A stretch of 64,000 bases of DNA from Torpedo marmorata (lineage: Eukaryota), in NCBI GenBank assembly GCA_977017645.1, contig OZ360231.1, positions 65,720,001 to 65,784,000 on the forward strand, written 5' to 3'. Each line of letters starts with the position of its first letter. Position 1 is the first letter of the stretch. The notes under the pieces were generated by a model. The model did not search any database and was not told the origin of the DNA. It worked only from the letters and a program-made list of their open reading frames with translations. The position numbers and the translations under genes were made by a program. Positions 49,685 through 61,148 of this stretch are shown here, in pieces.

Positions 49685-52600
49685 ATTTGTTACAAAATCA
49701 AACCAGCAACGACAGAAGACGCAATGCAAAAGGGGTAAAATTGAAATTATTATTTATTAAACACAAGTAAACATATAATTTCACAACAATTAACCCCACT
49801 ATAAACGTCTATAAACTCTATTCTTATCTAAAATGTGTATGTGTGTGTAAAGCCCAGACCATTACAGTCTGTGCCCAACCCTTATGTAAAAATGGAAAAA
49901 CTTTCCCCAAAAACCCCAGGTCAGTCATAAAAAACAAGTCAGTCAAAAAAAAAGGATAATACAGTCGACAAAATCCACTCTCTAAGTTCAGGCTTCAACT
50001 TTTTCTCTGTGTCTGGTAGAAGTACTTCTGAATGAACGTTGGAGAGAGACAATGACTGTTTATGCTTACAAATACTTGTTTTCTTCTCTGATGACGTCCC
50101 CTTCTTGTAGGTTCATAAGGATTGCAAGTTCCAGATCAGTAAACCACTGATTTAGGCGTGTGCTTGAATCTCACAGCTAGTCTCGCTGATCTCATGCCTG
50201 TTCTCCACAGAAGTTGCTTTTTCTCAGAATTTTTCTGAGACAGGAGGCCATGTGCTATTTTGTCAGTCTTTTCTCTGACTTCACACAAGCCTGGATCTGG
50301 CTGTGTCTTGTAGCCTTTGCAACTCACAACTGTGTCTGCTTTGCAGAGATCTGCCCCTGCTTTTTGCAGAAGTGAAACAAATGTATCTTGTCTAGCCTGT
50401 CTCTCTCTCTCTGGTCTCTCTCTGTCTGGGTACACCAAGAGTGCAACAATGTATCTTGTCTGGGTACACCAAGTAGCTGGGGAAGTTAACTCTTTCAGTA
50501 CCTGGCCCCAGTGTATACTCCAAAAGAATTCATCCTTCCTGCTGACCGTCCGCAGTCCAAATGGTCAGTCATGGTCCATATCATTACGAATGCTTGGCCT
50601 GCTTTTCTTCCTGGATGACTTTCCCTTTTGGTAGGTGCACGAGGATTACGATTCCAAATCAGTATACCACTGATTGAGGCATATACTTGGATCTCACAGC
50701 CTGTCTCGCTGATCTCACTCCTGTTCTCCATGAAAGTTGCTTTATCTCAGTCTTTTACTGATAAAGGAGGCCATGTGCTCTTCTCCACAGCCTTTCTAGC
50801 TGGAATACGCAAGCCTCTGGTTTTGCTGTGTTGCTCCAGCCTTTTGCAACTCCAAACTGAATGCTTTTTGCAGAGGTTTGCACCTGCTTTTGCAAAAGTG
50901 CAACAAAGTATCTTTCCACAGCCTGTCTCTCTCTCTCTGAGCACAGCCAGTCCTGGGCAAGTTACCTCTTTCAGTACCTGGTCCCAGTGTGTACACCAAA
51001 AGACTTCATCCTTCTTACTGACCGTCCGCAGTCCAAATGGTCAGTCATGGTCCATAACACCTCCCACCCACAAAGAAAAGTTTGGTCTGCAAGAACAAAA
51101 TTTTGGAAATTAATTGAGGTGTCACAATATAAACAAAACCCACAATGTTCATCCACAAACACAAAAATGTAAACTATTTTCATTTATAAAGTTTAGTATC
51201 TAGAAAGACAATCAGCAATTAGATTATCTTTCCATTTTATATGTGTTATCATTAAATCATATTCTTTCAAAATTAGATTCCAATTCAACAACTGTTGATT
51301 CTTATTTTTCATTTCACAAAGAAAAACCAATAGATTATGGTTAGTATATACTGAGTGGTTTTTGAGCTGTACAGATATACACATCAAAGTGTTGTAGAGC
51401 CAACACAAGAGCTAACAACTCTTTTTCTATGGTTGAATAATTCATTTGATGATCATTGACCATCCTACTTCTCGAAGTTCAATGTCCTCTTTGTTCTTCC
51501 TCTGTAACAGCACCACACCCACAGCTTCATCGCTGGTATCCACGGCTAAAGAAAACGGCTGTTCTAAATTAGGTGACTTAATCACAGGTTGGTGGCATAA
51601 AATGGCTTTCAATTTGACAAATGCTTCCTGACAACCTGTCAACCATACAAATTTTTGTCCCTTTCTAAGCAAATTTGTGAGAGCGCAAGATCTTCAGAGT
51701 TTTCTTACCAGTTGGAACAGGGAACTCGGAAATAGTCACAACCTTGGCCTCTACTGGCGCCAACTGCCCCTGTCCTACTACATAACCCAGATAATTAACA
51801 GTCCCATGACCCTCTCTGAAACTGGTTTTATCTGTCTCCTCCTTATCCCAGTCGATAAGCAGCACGTCTGGTAAATGATCAGTCTCTTTGTGTGGCACCT
51901 GTTCAAAATATGGCTTAATCATATTCACATGACAGACCTGTGTGTCTTGTCTGCGATTAGGTGTTTCTATGACATAGGTGACCTCATTAATTTTAGACTT
52001 AACTCTATAGGGTCCTGAAAATCTAGCCTAAGAGGATTTGAATGTGTGGGAAACAGAACTATTACGTTCTCACCAGGTTTAAAAGTTCTCATCTTGGCTT
52101 TTTGATCATAGCAAACCTTCATTCTCTGTTGAGTGGCCTTTAAATTCTCCTTTGCCATCTCACAAGCTTTATGCAACCGATCCTTAATCCTTAAATTTGG
52201 AAACATAATCCAACAGATTTAAATGCACATCACTATTGATACACTGTTCTTTTAATAACCTTAAAGGACCCCTCACTTCATGTCCGAAAACTAACTCGAA
52301 TGGACTAAAACCAAGTGATTCTTGGACAGACTCCCTCGCTGCAAATAACAACAAATGAACCCCCTCATCCCAATCCTTTTCCTTCTCACAACAATAGGTT
52401 CTAATCATGGTTTTCAAAGTCGAATGGAACCTCTCCAAGGCCCCTTGACTTTCTGGATGGTACGCAGAGGATACAATCTGTTTAACTCCCAGTTCATCAA
52501 CCACTTGTTGGAAAACGCCTGACATGAAATTACTGCCCTGATCTGATTGAATTTCCCTTGGCAAACCTACCAAGATGAAAAACTTTACCATAGCCTTTAC

Positions 52601-53626
52601 AATTGCCTTTGCTTTAATGTTTCTCAAGGGAATGGCCTCTGGAAATCTGGTGGCTGCACACATAATTGTTAACAAATACTCATTCTCCGCTTTGGTTTTG
52701 GGCAATGGGCCAACACAGTCCACAATCACTCTCGAGAAAGGCTCACTGAAAGCAAGGATAGGTTGCAAGGGTGCCACCGGGGGACCCTGATTAGGTTTAC
52801 CCACCACCTGACAAGTGTGACAGGCCCAGAAAAAGCTTACAACCTCCCTTCTCAAACTGCGCCAATAAAATTGTTTCATTATCTTCCGTATAGTTTTCTT
52901 CACCCTCAAGGTGACCACCTACAGGTGTGCAATGAGCCAAAGTTATTATTTCATCCCTATATACTTTAGGGATCACAACCTGTTGCACTACTGCCCATTC
53001 TTCACTGGCAGGAACATAACATGGTCTCCACTTTCTCATTAACACCCCATCTTTTTCATAATAACCCACTGGCACCTTTTTAATCTCCTCTTCAGAGAGA
53101 ACCTTATCCCTCACCTCAGTAAGATCAGGATCCTCCTTCTGCCTTGCTATTAGCTCCTGTCGGGATAGTGACAAATCTGTGCCTTTTGTGTCTTATCAGT
53201 GTATGGGTGTAACACAGGAGATTGCTCAACCTTTTCCAGGTGTTTTTGATTATCACCGAATTTTTCTTTCACCAATTTATTTTCCACTGCCTTCTCTACA
53301 GTGACATTTTTCTTAGACATGGCCCTGGTTATGGCACATGCCGAATAAATATCAGAGTCATTCTCTGACTTATCAATGACTGGCTTAGTGGTCATTTGCA
53401 CTGCAGGAACTACTTTACCCTTTGCCAAGTCATTGCCTAGCAACAGTGAGACTCCTTCTACTGGCAAATCTGATCTCATTCCTATTATAACAGGTCCTTC
53501 CACCAAGGCTGAGTTCAACACTATTTTGTGCGAAGGAATGGACTCAACATCACCCCCAATTCCTTTAATTAAATTCATTTCACCGGTGTCAGTGGCTTCA
53601 CAAAATCCCAAGACACTATCTAACAC

Positions 53627-53970
53627 TCTCCAGCCAGATGGCATTAACATTGACTTTTCTGCTTTCCACTAAACCTGCTTGTAGATCCCTTCACCTCTCC
53701 CCTCACCTGTCCTTCCTGTTTTTGTCCAGGTACTTAGCCATCCCTCCTCCCCCTCTTTGCTGCTGTCCCCTCCCTCCTTTCTCCACCTATCATCTCCTGC
53801 CTTTGCCACCCCCCTTCCCCCCTCACTCTTTTGTTCGGATGCCTACCGGCATTTTCTCATACTTTGATGAAGGGCTCAAGCCCGAAACGTCGGTTATGTA
53901 TTTCTACCTTTGCTACATAAAAGACACTGTTTGACCTGCTGAGTTTCTCCAGCATTTGTGTTTTTTATTT
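53627..53970 (+). mobile_element. PLE pLTR fragment with hammerhead motif (53864-53891) inserted in the Gmr1-B protease
   Basis: 10-bp TSD TATCTAACAC at 53617-53626 and 53971-53980. Confidence 0.9.
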
Positions 53971-55006
53971 TATCTAACACAAGTGACTGAGCAGCTCCAG
54001 TATCTCGCAAGATTTTCACTGGAACTTGCTTTGATCCTGCCTTAACTGAAACAAAACCATCAGTCACAAAAAGTTTAAATACATCCCTAACTTTTCAGTA
54101 AATTTGTCTCCTACCTGGGTGTTATGCCTCTTCTCACTCTGAATACAAGCATTAGGTGTTGCATCCTTTTCTCTCTTTTTCAACACTGGACAGCTTGCTA
54201 GCATATGACCAGCCTTCCTACAGTAGTGGCAAATGGGACCCGAAGGGTTTTCCCTTTTCCACTTTCCTTCATCTCTTTCCTTAACCCCACTTCCAAATTT
54301 ACTTTCCACTTGCTTGGGATTATCCACAGTACCCTTTTGGAAAATTCTGCCTGACGTCCACAAAACACACAAACTTTTCACAGGCAAACTCTGTGTAAGA
54401 TTGGGTTGCTGATCTTTTTAAATTTCTAAACTTCTGTCTATAAGCCTCTGGAAGTAACTCATAAGCCTGGAGTATAGCCTTTTTCACCTATCATAATCAG
54501 CAGCTTGCTCCGTGGTAAGAGTAGAATAAGCTTGCTGAGCTTTTCCTTTAATTACACTTTGTAACATAAGAGACCATTGGTCTTGTGGCCATTTTAATTT
54601 CACAGCCACCTTTTCAAAATGTTGGAAGTACTTATCTATTTCCACATCCTCAAATGGAGGAACCAATCTAACTTGTCTACTGGCCAAAAACCTCTCAACA
54701 GGATGACGAATTTGATCTTGGTGCTCTTCTTGTCTCCTCTCATTTTCCAACTTAATCTTTTCCAGCTCATATTGCCTAATTTTTTCCTCGTTCTCTAATC
54801 TCTTTTGTTCTCTTGCTGCCTCCAAGTTTAATCTCTTTTGTTCCAATTCCAATTTCTTTAGTTCCAATTCCCTGTCTAATCTCTTTTGTTCCAACTGTAT
54901 GTTCTCAGAATTTTTATCCTTGGGAAACTGCTCCAACATGCTCTCCTCAAACTTTTTCCCTTTTATATAGTATTTGGCAATTTTTCTCCCAATCTTCGCC
55001 GTTTTC

Positions 55007-57619
55007 CTTTTTTTAAATATATTTTATTTAAAATTTTTAAATCACAAAATACATAAAATAAAATATGAAATTATCAAAATATTTGCGATACATTTTCTCC
55101 CACCCTCCCCTCCCCAACCCTCCCAACCCCATTAATCTAATAAAAATAAAAAATATAAAATAAAAATAGAAAAAGAGAAAAAAAAAGAAGAAAGAATAAG
55201 ATAGAGTAAGGAGAATGCCAATCTAAAAAAACATACATCTATAAACTAATTCTATTATGGATGTCAGGTATGCCAGTAGATCCGATACCCAGAGATCTTC
55301 AAATCCTTAAACCAACAACTTTCATATATGGGCTCCAAATTTTTAAGAAAAAATGATATTTATTACGTAAATTATACGTATTTTTTTCAAGTGGTATACA
55401 CGAACGAAGTTCTGCATGCCATCTTTCTAATCCTAAATCTAAATCAGATTTCCAAGTAATAGCAATATATTTCTTTGTAACAGCTAAAGCAATTCGCAAA
55501 AATTCTATTTGTTACATGTTTAATTTCATCTTAATACTAAATTTTCTAATATCTCCGAACAAAAATATCATAGGATCCATTGGAAATATAATCTTAAATA
55601 CTTTATCTAAAAATTTTTTAACTTTCAACCAAAAATCATAAACTTTTGGACAAAACCATGTAGAATGTACAAAAGAACCTTCCTCTTTATTACATCTAAA
55701 ACATAAACCTGATAATGTCGGATTAAATTTCTTTAGTTTTTTAGGTGTTAAATATAATTGATGAAAAAAATTGTATTGTACTAATCTATATCTAACATTA
55801 ATAATCTTCGTCATACTTAATTTACATAATTCTTTCCAATGATTTTCATCTATTATTACATTCAAATCTAATTCCCATTTTAATCTTGATTTATGAATTG
55901 CTACTTTAGGAATTTTCCTCTGAAACAATTTATACATTTGAGAAATAAATTTATTTACATCTCCTTTAGTAACTAATAATTCTAATTCATTCTGTCTTGG
56001 TAAAATCAAAGCATAACCTAATTTCTCAGTTAGAAAAGCTCTAATTTGATAATAAGCAAAAAGTGTATTATCTAATATATTAAATTTATCTTTCATTCTT
56101 TGAAAAGTAATAAATTTCCCAGCTTCAAAACAATCATTTATTTTCTTAATTCCTTTTTGAAACCAAATTTTAAATAATTGATTATTAATAGTAAATGGAA
56201 TAAGTCCATTTTGATATAAAGACATCCTTGAAGAAATCAATCCTTTTCCTCCTATTTCCTTATCCGTCTTATTCCATATTTCTAACAAATGTTTAAGAAT
56301 AGGAGAATTTTTCTTTCTTGTTGATATTAATTTAGAATCCCATTTATAAATAACTTCTTCTTTGGAATCTTCTCCTATATTATTTAATTCTATTTTAATC
56401 CAAGCAGAAGATTTAGTTGAATCAAAAAATTCATTAACAAATTTTAATTGAGCTGCTTTATAATAATTTTGGAAATTAGGAAGTTGTAAACCACCCATTT
56501 CATAATTCCAAGTTAATTTTTCCATACCTACTCTTGCTAACTTTCCTTTCCATAAAAATTTCCTAATAATTGAATTTAAATCTTTAAAAAATTTTTGAGG
56601 AATTTCATAAGGAATTGATTGAAAAAGATATTGAATTCTTGGAAAAACATTCATTTTAATACAATTTACTCTTCCCATTAAAGTTATAGGTAAATATTTC
56701 CAATTTTCTAAATCCTTTTTTATTTTCACAAATAATGGTAAATAATTTAATTTATATAAATTAGCCAATTTTGTGTCAATCCTTATTCCCAAATATTTAA
56801 TTCCTTCCTTTGCCCATTTAAATTGTGTAATTTCTTTACATCTACTATAATTCCCTTGTGATAATGCCATAATTTCACTTTTATCAGAATTAATTTTATA
56901 TCCAGATATTTCCCCTATTCTCTCAATAACGCAGACAATTGTTCTAAAGATGTAGTAGATTTTGTCATATATATCAATACATCATCTGCAAATAAACTAA
57001 TTTTATGTTCTTCCATTCCAACTTTAATACCAACTATTTTAGGATCTTTTCTAACTAATTCTGCCAAAGGTTCTATCGCCAAAATAAATAACGCTGGTGA
57101 CAAAGGACACCCTTGTCTAGTAGATCGAGTCAAAGGAAATTTTGAGGAAATTTGTCCATTTGTAACTACTTTAGCAGATGGTTCTTTATATATAGTTTTA
57201 ATCCAATTAATAAATGTACTTCCAAAACCAAATTTCTCCAATACCTTAAATAAAAAATTCCACTCTAATCTATCAAAAGCCTTTTCGGTGTCTAAAGTTA
57301 AAACTAATGGTAAATCTTCCTTCTTTTTATGTAGATTAATTAAACTAATTAATCTAGCTATATTGTCTTTTGAATATCTATTTTTAATAAAACCAGCTTG
57401 ATCTACATGAATTAAATCTGGTAAATAATTAGCCATTCTATTTGCTAAAATTTTTGCCATTATCTTATAATCTACATTTAACAATGAAATAGGTCTATAT
57501 GATTCAGTTTTCAATATATCTCTATCTTTTTTTGGTATAACTGTAATTATTGCATTTAAGAAAGTATCTGGTAATGAGTGGGTTTCCGTAATTTGATTCA
57601 ATACATCCATATATGGAAC
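55007..57619 (-). mobile_element. 5'-truncated L1 inserted in Gmr1-B gag
   Basis: 13-bp TSD CTTCGCC(G/T)TTTTC at 54994-55006 and 57620-57632. ORFs 56915-57619, 55512-56870 and 55299-55499. Same family as L1 copies 1 and 2. Confidence 0.95.
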
Positions 57620-58973
57620 CTTCGCCTTTTTCATTGATGGTTTTACAGAGGCAATGCGCAACTCTGTTGCTATAGCCACTAACTGTTCCTTTTTAGCCTT
57701 TTTTAAAGTATCAGGTTCAGGTGATTCCAAAAAATTTTAAACATCCATTGTTGCTGGTTTTTGTTGCACACACACACGAGCTTTTAATTAGCTTTACAAA
57801 AGGAATGTCTTAAATCAGACTGGGATTCCTTCAATTACCAAGCTGGAGCTTGATTCAACCTCGGAGAAGCCCCCAATTTGTTGCAAATTCAAACCAGCAA
57901 CGACAGAAGACGCAATACAAAAGGGGTAAAATTGAAATTTATATTTATTAATGACAATTAAACATATAAGTTCTTAACAATTAACCCCACTATAAACATC
58001 TATAAACACTATTCTTATTTAAAGAGTGTGTGTGTAAAGCCCAGCCCATTATAGTCTGTGCCCAACCCTCATGTAAAATGGAAAACCTTCCCCAAAACTC
58101 CCAGGTCAGTCATAAAAATAAGTCAGTCCCAAAAATACAGTCCACAAAAATCACTCTCTATGTTCAGGGTCCAAATTCAGCTCTGTGTGCTGGCACGAAG
58201 GACTTCTTAATGAACATTAGAGAGAGAGACAATGACTGTTTAAGCTTACGAATGCTTAGCCTGCTTTTCTTCCCTGATGACTTTCCCTTTTGGTAGGTGC
58301 ATGAGGATTGCGATTCCAAATCAGTATACCACTGATTGAGGTGTATACTTGGATCTCACAGCCTGTCTCGCTGATCTCACGCCTGTTCTCCACGAAAGTT
58401 GCTTTATCTCAGTCTTTTACTGATAAAGGAGGCCATGTGCTCTTCTCCACAGCCTTTCTAGCTGGAATGCACAAGCCTCTGGTTTTGCTGTGTTGCTCCA
58501 ACCTTTTGCAATTCCACACTGAATGCTTTTTGCAGAGGTTTGCACCTGCTTTTGCAAAAGTGCAACAAAGTATCTTTCCACAGCCTGTCTCTCTCTCTAT
58601 GTGTCTCTCTCTCTGAGCACAGCCAGTCCTGGGCAAGTTAACTCTTTCAGTACCTGGTCCCAGTGTGTACTCCAAAAGACTTCATCCTTCCTGCTGACCG
58701 TCCACAGTCCAAATCGTCAGTCATGGTCCATAACAAGTTAAATAATACACGGTGTTTATTGCAATGTGTAGATTTCATTTTCAGAATAATTTAGTTCTTT
58801 CTATTTGTTTTGATTTTGAAACTGTTTCCAAAATGCATTCTATGCACTATGGGGGCTAAAAGGGGTTTCAAGGCATCACACATTTCTATAAATGTGTTCT
58901 CCCAAAATAACTGAAAGTGATGAAACCCAGCCCCACATAGCCCTCTCAGGAAATCTTCAGAACAGTTTGTCAC

Positions 58974-59091
58974 CAGTGTTCCCTCTAAGCTGTGCGCGCT
59001 TGCACAAAGGAAATCAATGCGCGCACACTGTCCGGTTTGTGCGCGCGCACAGCACACTTGTGCATGCGCGCACAGCTTAGAGGGAACACTG
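58974..59091. mobile_element. 118-bp hAT-superfamily MITE
   Basis: Perfect 26-bp TIR CAGTGTTCCCTCTAAGCTGTGCGCGC and 8-bp TSD TTTGTCAC (58966-58973, 59092-59099). Confidence 0.95.
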
Positions 59092-59306
59092 TTTGTCACC
59101 CAATAATACAGTCGGGATTTACTTCTCACCAGTTGCCGAAGCATTTTCAATCAAGCCCTCAGAAACCTGAGCGTCAAGACACTTTCTGCCACAGGAATAA
59201 CTACATGAACAAGAGCCACCTTCCATCAGATTTTCTGAAGCCACTGAAGGAGCACTTTGGGAGGAATACCTTTTCAGAAAAATAATTTGTTTTAAGTTAA
59301 TTTAAA

Positions 59307-59634
59307 AATGTACTGAAAGCTCAGCCCCCGAGCTTTCCTCATAAGGAGAATCTCGTGGAGACGAAGAGCCTTGGGCGCTGAAGGCTTCCTGATCGTGTCG
59401 GAGGTTTGGACCTCGAGCTCGGATTGCCGATGGATCGAACAGGAGTCTGCAGAGGCTGCAGGAGTGCTGGAGGCGAATGCACAGACACTCGGTGTCTCTG
59501 AAGGAACTCTTTTGCTTCTCTTTCTCATACTGTAAGGGATGACTCTTTTTCTGCCTTACAGCAGGCAGAAGGCAATTTCGTGTAATGTTACGTTCTGTAC
59601 TATTACATGACAATAAAGGAATCTTGAATCTTGA
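59307..59634 (+). mobile_element. Truncated copy of the non-autonomous element at 15299-16038
   Basis: Shared GCGCTGAAGG(C/G)TTCCTGATCGTGTCGGAGGTT...ATGACAATAAA...(CTTGAAT)n; possible TSD TAATTTAAA. Confidence 0.7.
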
Positions 59635-59929
59635 TAATTTAAATCTTTGTGCACATTTGGTGATTAATTGACTTTACATGGTTAGTAGCAGTATATCATC
59701 ACAGTAGAGGTTATTCCAATGATTTTGAAGCTCTTAAAGCTATGATGAAAGTTGTAACAGAGACTTTAAATGCATTTGGGCTTTCTGCAACTTTTAATGG
59801 TGGGGCAGTGAGTTTGCTTTGTGTGTTCTTTCAACTCTTTTCTGGCACCTTAAGCTTCTTTGCATTGTTACTCCTCATCTCTGGTTCCCTGTCACTATCT
59901 TCTAACTGCTCTCCTCTTTGTATTACTTT

Positions 59930-60742
59930 CTTTTCATTTTTATTTATTGATCTTTAAAACATATAAGGCCAAACAATACAGAGGCAATCAGTGCAAGAGT
60001 ATGCAATAAGTACAATACAAGGGTAATAATAAAGAAAATTATAATTACAAATGTCATTGAGTTCCCTATCAGAAGTAATAATACAAAGAAAGAACAATCA
60101 AGCAATGGCCACATAAAACTGACATACCCCCAAAACATAAAGGCAAGGGAAAAAGAAAGGAAAAGAAAAAAGGAATCTAAACTACAACTAACTAACAGAA
60201 AAGGGAGAAAATCTAAACCCTAATCCATGCGCGTCTGAGTCTGGCTAAGATAAAGAAAAAAGAGAGAAAGAATGTTATAAAGCCCGTATTACAATGTAGG
60301 AAAGAAGCTCATAAACAAACCCCATATCCTCTGAAAGTTGAGATTCTTATCAAGATTAGAACAACAAATTTTTTCCAACGTCAAGCATGACATCACACTG
60401 TTGAGCCAGTGGCGATGTGAAGGGGGATCAACGTCTTTCCAGTGTAAAAGAATATTTTTCCTAGCAATGTGTGACGTAAATGCTATCACATGCAATTGTG
60501 ACTTTGTAAGTTTAGAGTCATTAACTTTATGAATCCCGAATAAACCCATAAATGGGTTAGGAGTTAAATTTACATCGAGAACTCTGGACCACGTCTGAAA
60601 AATACTAGAGCAGTAATTATATAACGAAGGACATGTCCAAAACATATGGTATAAGGTGCCTTCCTCGATTTTACATCTATCACAAAGGGGGAAAGATTTG
60701 GGTAAAATTTAGCTAATCGAGACTCAGAATAATGAGCTAGAT
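59930..60742 (-). mobile_element. L1 3' fragment of a different family, interrupted by a Gypsy element
   Basis: ORF 60289-60645 (HMFWTCP...ARKNILLHWK...W) is an L1 ORF2 C-terminus. AATAAA and A-rich tail near 59935. Confidence 0.8.
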
Positions 60743-60895
60743 TGTTGTGTATTTCGGGTGTAAGCTTATAATAACACACTGAGACGACCGTCTTCATTCA
60801 TCCTTTATTACTAAACTAAAATGGTATTCAGCGTTACCCCTTATATAGTACGTATGACGTCATTACGTCATACGTTATACGTTACATATACAACA
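60743..60895 (-). repeat. 153-bp 3' LTR of a Gypsy element
   Basis: TGTTG...CAACA termini; adjacent PPT GGGGGGGAAGAG at 60896-60907 (reverse complement); TATATAAG and AATAAA in element orientation. Confidence 0.9.
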
Positions 60896-61148
60896 CTCTT
60901 CCCCCCCACGAAATATAGATTGTTATTATATGATTATATATTCCCCGATCACTGGTAAACTATTGTAACTACTGGAATATAGCGGGGAAACTACAACTAC
61001 AAACAAAAATCATGCAAGTAAAACTAGAACTACTAATTGTTAGTATTATACTGATCATCACTAAAGTGAAAAATCATTTAAGGTACATAGTCTCTCAAAT
61101 GTTCTGGTGGACGTCGTTGACGATGTGATCTTCTTAGGGGTGGATCCC

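Larger units (their letters stand above)
45437..50583 (-). mobile_element. Gmr1-like LTR retrotransposon, copy A, nested in the 3' LTR of copy B
   Basis: TSD TTAC at 45433-45436 and 50584-50587. LTRs 45437-46331 and 49688-50583, with a PPT next to 46331. RT (YIDD) 47100-47450 and RNase H 46464-47093. Confidence 0.95.
44983..58735 (-). mobile_element. Gmr1-like Ty3/Gypsy LTR retrotransposon, copy B (order gag-PR-IN-[RT deleted]-RH)
   Basis: TSD AGTT at 44979-44982 and 58736-58739. 5' LTR 57879-58735; 3' LTR split into 44983-45436 and 50588-51059. Integrase core (52184-52918) lies upstream of RNase H (51193-51780). Confidence 0.93.
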
